Assembly (NCBI RefSeq): GCF_964213995.1
Contig: NW_027590144.1
Location: 1,178,001 to 1,242,000, forward strand
DNA from: Mustelus asterias
Taxonomy: Eukaryota
Length of the DNA stretch: 64,000 nucleotides
Reading direction: 5' to 3'
Shown: piece by piece, positions 61,601 through 64,000 of the stretch
Position numbering within the stretch: the stretch's first letter is position 1
Layout of the letters: every line of letters begins with the position of its first letter
Notes under the pieces: model-generated
What the model was told of the DNA's origin: nothing
Databases searched by the model: none
Seen by the model: only the letters and a program-made list of their open reading frames with translations
Program-made: the position numbers and the translations under genes

Positions 61601-62606
61601 GAAGGAAGAGGGGTTGGAAGGTAAATACACTCTCCACCCCCACCCGACACATTATTTTCACGCAATATTTTTGATCAAAGTATGTTGCTGGATCAGGCCC
61701 ACACAATCAGAAGATTTTACAAGCTAATGAAGGGTGTTTAAAACCAACAGAATATGTGATTTCCCTCAGTTTCCATTGTCCTTCCTGCTATCTCGCATTT
61801 CTTTGACTGTTGTTGACCATTACGAGGACAGGATTTCATTCCCACCTTCTGATCTTCAATCACAGAATTATTACTCAAGTAGGGAAATTGCATCTCAGTT
61901 CGGGATGGTGCGATTAACTAACTACCAACTCAGCACTCATCACACTAACGCAGCTGCAAATAGTGAGGGTGGCGTTAGAACGGATGTCATTAATGATGAT
62001 TCTGTTTTGTGTGGCTGCATCCGCTCGAGATTCCACCCACGTTCTAACACACAGGATTTCCCAGCTACTATCCAAAGATAGCTTTTGGACAGGGGTGAGA
62101 TTACTTTTCATCATTGTGACACTTACAAAGCACAATAATATAGAGCAGCGTCAGTGAGTTGCAGGCCCGAGATCGTTACACTGGTGAACTTAATCGCGAT
62201 CTTTAGCTAGGCATAGAAACGGTTTTTCGTAAAGTCTGCCTTATATTCATCATTGTTTGTATTCCTCCACAGCATAAACTCGCGCTATGCACCCGGGTGT
62301 TGTTGGCTCCAGTGTAATGCACAATCACTTTCAGTAGTTTCATAGTTACACGTCAATGTCACCGCGCCCCCATCTGTCTTTACCTCTGATGATAGAGGCT
62401 GAGTGACAAACTCTCCATGAGCCTGATCTGAAAAGTTATATTGGAATTAAAAACATAAAACGGGCTGCGGATTAAAATCTGGTTTAACATATGCGTGGAA
62501 AATTAGAGAAAAGGTTAAGTCTGCTTAGTCCGCAATTACCTGTAAGGAATGCGTCCCACGCAATGCATGCTAAGTAGCTGCATTCTCGTTGTATACTCTG
62601 TGAAAC

Positions 62607-62932
62607 GGGGGGGGGGGGGGGGGGGGGGGGATTGGAAATTTAGACACCCCTTTTTAACTCCACCTACAATAAACTGCCCTCTGATTTCAGTTTCTCTGCC
62701 TTTTGGCCATTCACACCTTTTATTATTTCAATGGACTGCCATTAGCAGCCTTTTCCCCGGTTTCTGTACCTATGACTTATCTTTCCTTCTCTCACCCTGC
62801 AGGATAAATATCTTCCACTTTCTATGTCTTTTAACTTTGACAGAGGGTCATCTGGACTCGAAACGTCGGCTCTTTTCTCTCCTTACAGATGGCGTCAGAC
62901 CTGCTGTGATTTTCCAGCATTTTCTCGTTTAG
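62607..62932 (+). mobile_element. Poly-G run followed by a Penelope-terminus-like fragment
   Basis: G24 at 62607-62630; gggtcatctggactcgaaacgtc...cagacctgctg..tttccagcattttct as at 28020-28187. Confidence 0.6.
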
Positions 62933-64000
62933 TCTCAAGATGCTAAAGCCTCACTTCCTCGTCATGGTGCTGTGAGACGGTGGGTGGTGAGATAGTAGAC
63001 AGGAATTAGAAACATCCTGAGCTGGATTCAGATCACTATCTCTACGGAGTGAATGGTTTCGGATTCAGACCCGGGTGAGGGAATAATTCCTCGTCTGCCG
63101 ATTGTGAAACGGAATTCAGATTGTTCAAATCGCTTTGCCAATTTTCTCTCAATAATTTCGTTAGTCTCACTATCAGGATAGTGGGAAACATGACTCAAGT
63201 ACAAGTTATCTCTCCCCGACCACCACTCCTCCCCCCCCCCTCCCCACCGCGCCCCATCCCTCCCCATGGTTCCTTTTTAAACATTTTCAAGTTTTCTCGG
63301 CGTTTCTGGCAAGGTCACAATTGTTGCTCATCCCAATTGAAGCAGGAAATGATATTGATGTGCCGACTTTTTGAATCGCTGAGTTCCATTTGCACTTCCG
63401 TAATATGGAGAAGGACCATGTGTAACATATACTGACCTTCTGGAAATATGGAGTGAATTGGGTTATAATCTAAGAGACAGAATGAACTTGCAAAAGGATA
63501 GCAGGTTGTTGAGTGACTAGGGAAGGAAGTGGTAAACAGGAACATAATTCAGAAAAATAGAAGGCATTCACATTGCCAGGTAGGATAAAGAAAAACAACG
63601 GTCTATTATGAAACATTATGGCAATTGATTTAGGAACAAATGTTCCTTTGCAGATGACATGGCAGGGTTGGATGGCCAAAGGGAACTCTGTTTCTTATTC
63701 CAATAATGAAGGAGCACAGAAACTGGAATCGATGCAGACAGGTTTTGCGAGGGAGAGAGTATGAGGAAGCTTGGGAACATAAGAAGGCAGTGGTCGGGGG
63801 AGAGACCGGTGTGTCAGAGGGGCTGGCGGGAAAAAGAGAGAAACAGGTGTAAAGGGGAAAAAGAAACGAATCATATCGAAGCAGCGTTGCAGGAAGTAAG
63901 AAAACGTAAATACCTCAACAAAGCCTAAATACCCAAAGTAGCATTGGGTATGGAAAGGGTTGAGCCTGAGTTCTACCTTAAATTCAGTGCGGGGGCAGTA

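Noticed and set aside
42212-64000. Further Ig/TCR segments or another gene upstream
   Set aside because: No YYC-RSS, WGXG/FGXG or C1-set exon noticed on either strand by eye; a TBLASTN search would be needed to exclude highly decayed relics.

Overview
Eukaryotic, repeat-rich DNA from a cartilaginous fish (shark-type). It holds the 5' part of one cluster-type IgM heavy-chain minilocus on the minus strand: TATA promoter, leader (13471-13516), VH exon (13038-13353), one free D with 12/12 RSS (12644-12660), one JH with 23-RSS (12204-12251), a ~10.7 kb J-C intron, Cmu1 (1206-1505) and the start of Cmu2 (1-229). All exons are open with canonical splice sites. The VH ends in a 12-nt D-like extension and a 22-bp-spacer RSS, so it looks pre-joined to D1 in the germline (VD-D-J). 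It also carries hydrophilic FR2 changes (Kabat V37S, G44E). Upstream lies an old ~14.5 kb tandem duplication whose breakpoint falls in VH FR3, leaving a second, decayed VH (27911-28432). The J-C intron contains a switch-like G-rich RGYW minisatellite, an orphan 12-RSS with an adjacent splice donor, and a possible short terminal exon. The rest is CR1/L2/Rex-type LINEs (one with an open 937-aa ORF2), HE1/V-SINE-type SINEs, Penelope fragments with minimal hammerhead ribozymes, a U2-snRNA-headed structured retroposon with TSD, a tRNA-Val pseudogene and satellites. Alignments were done by eye; repeat boundaries are approximate and repeat family names rest on recognition, not database searches.
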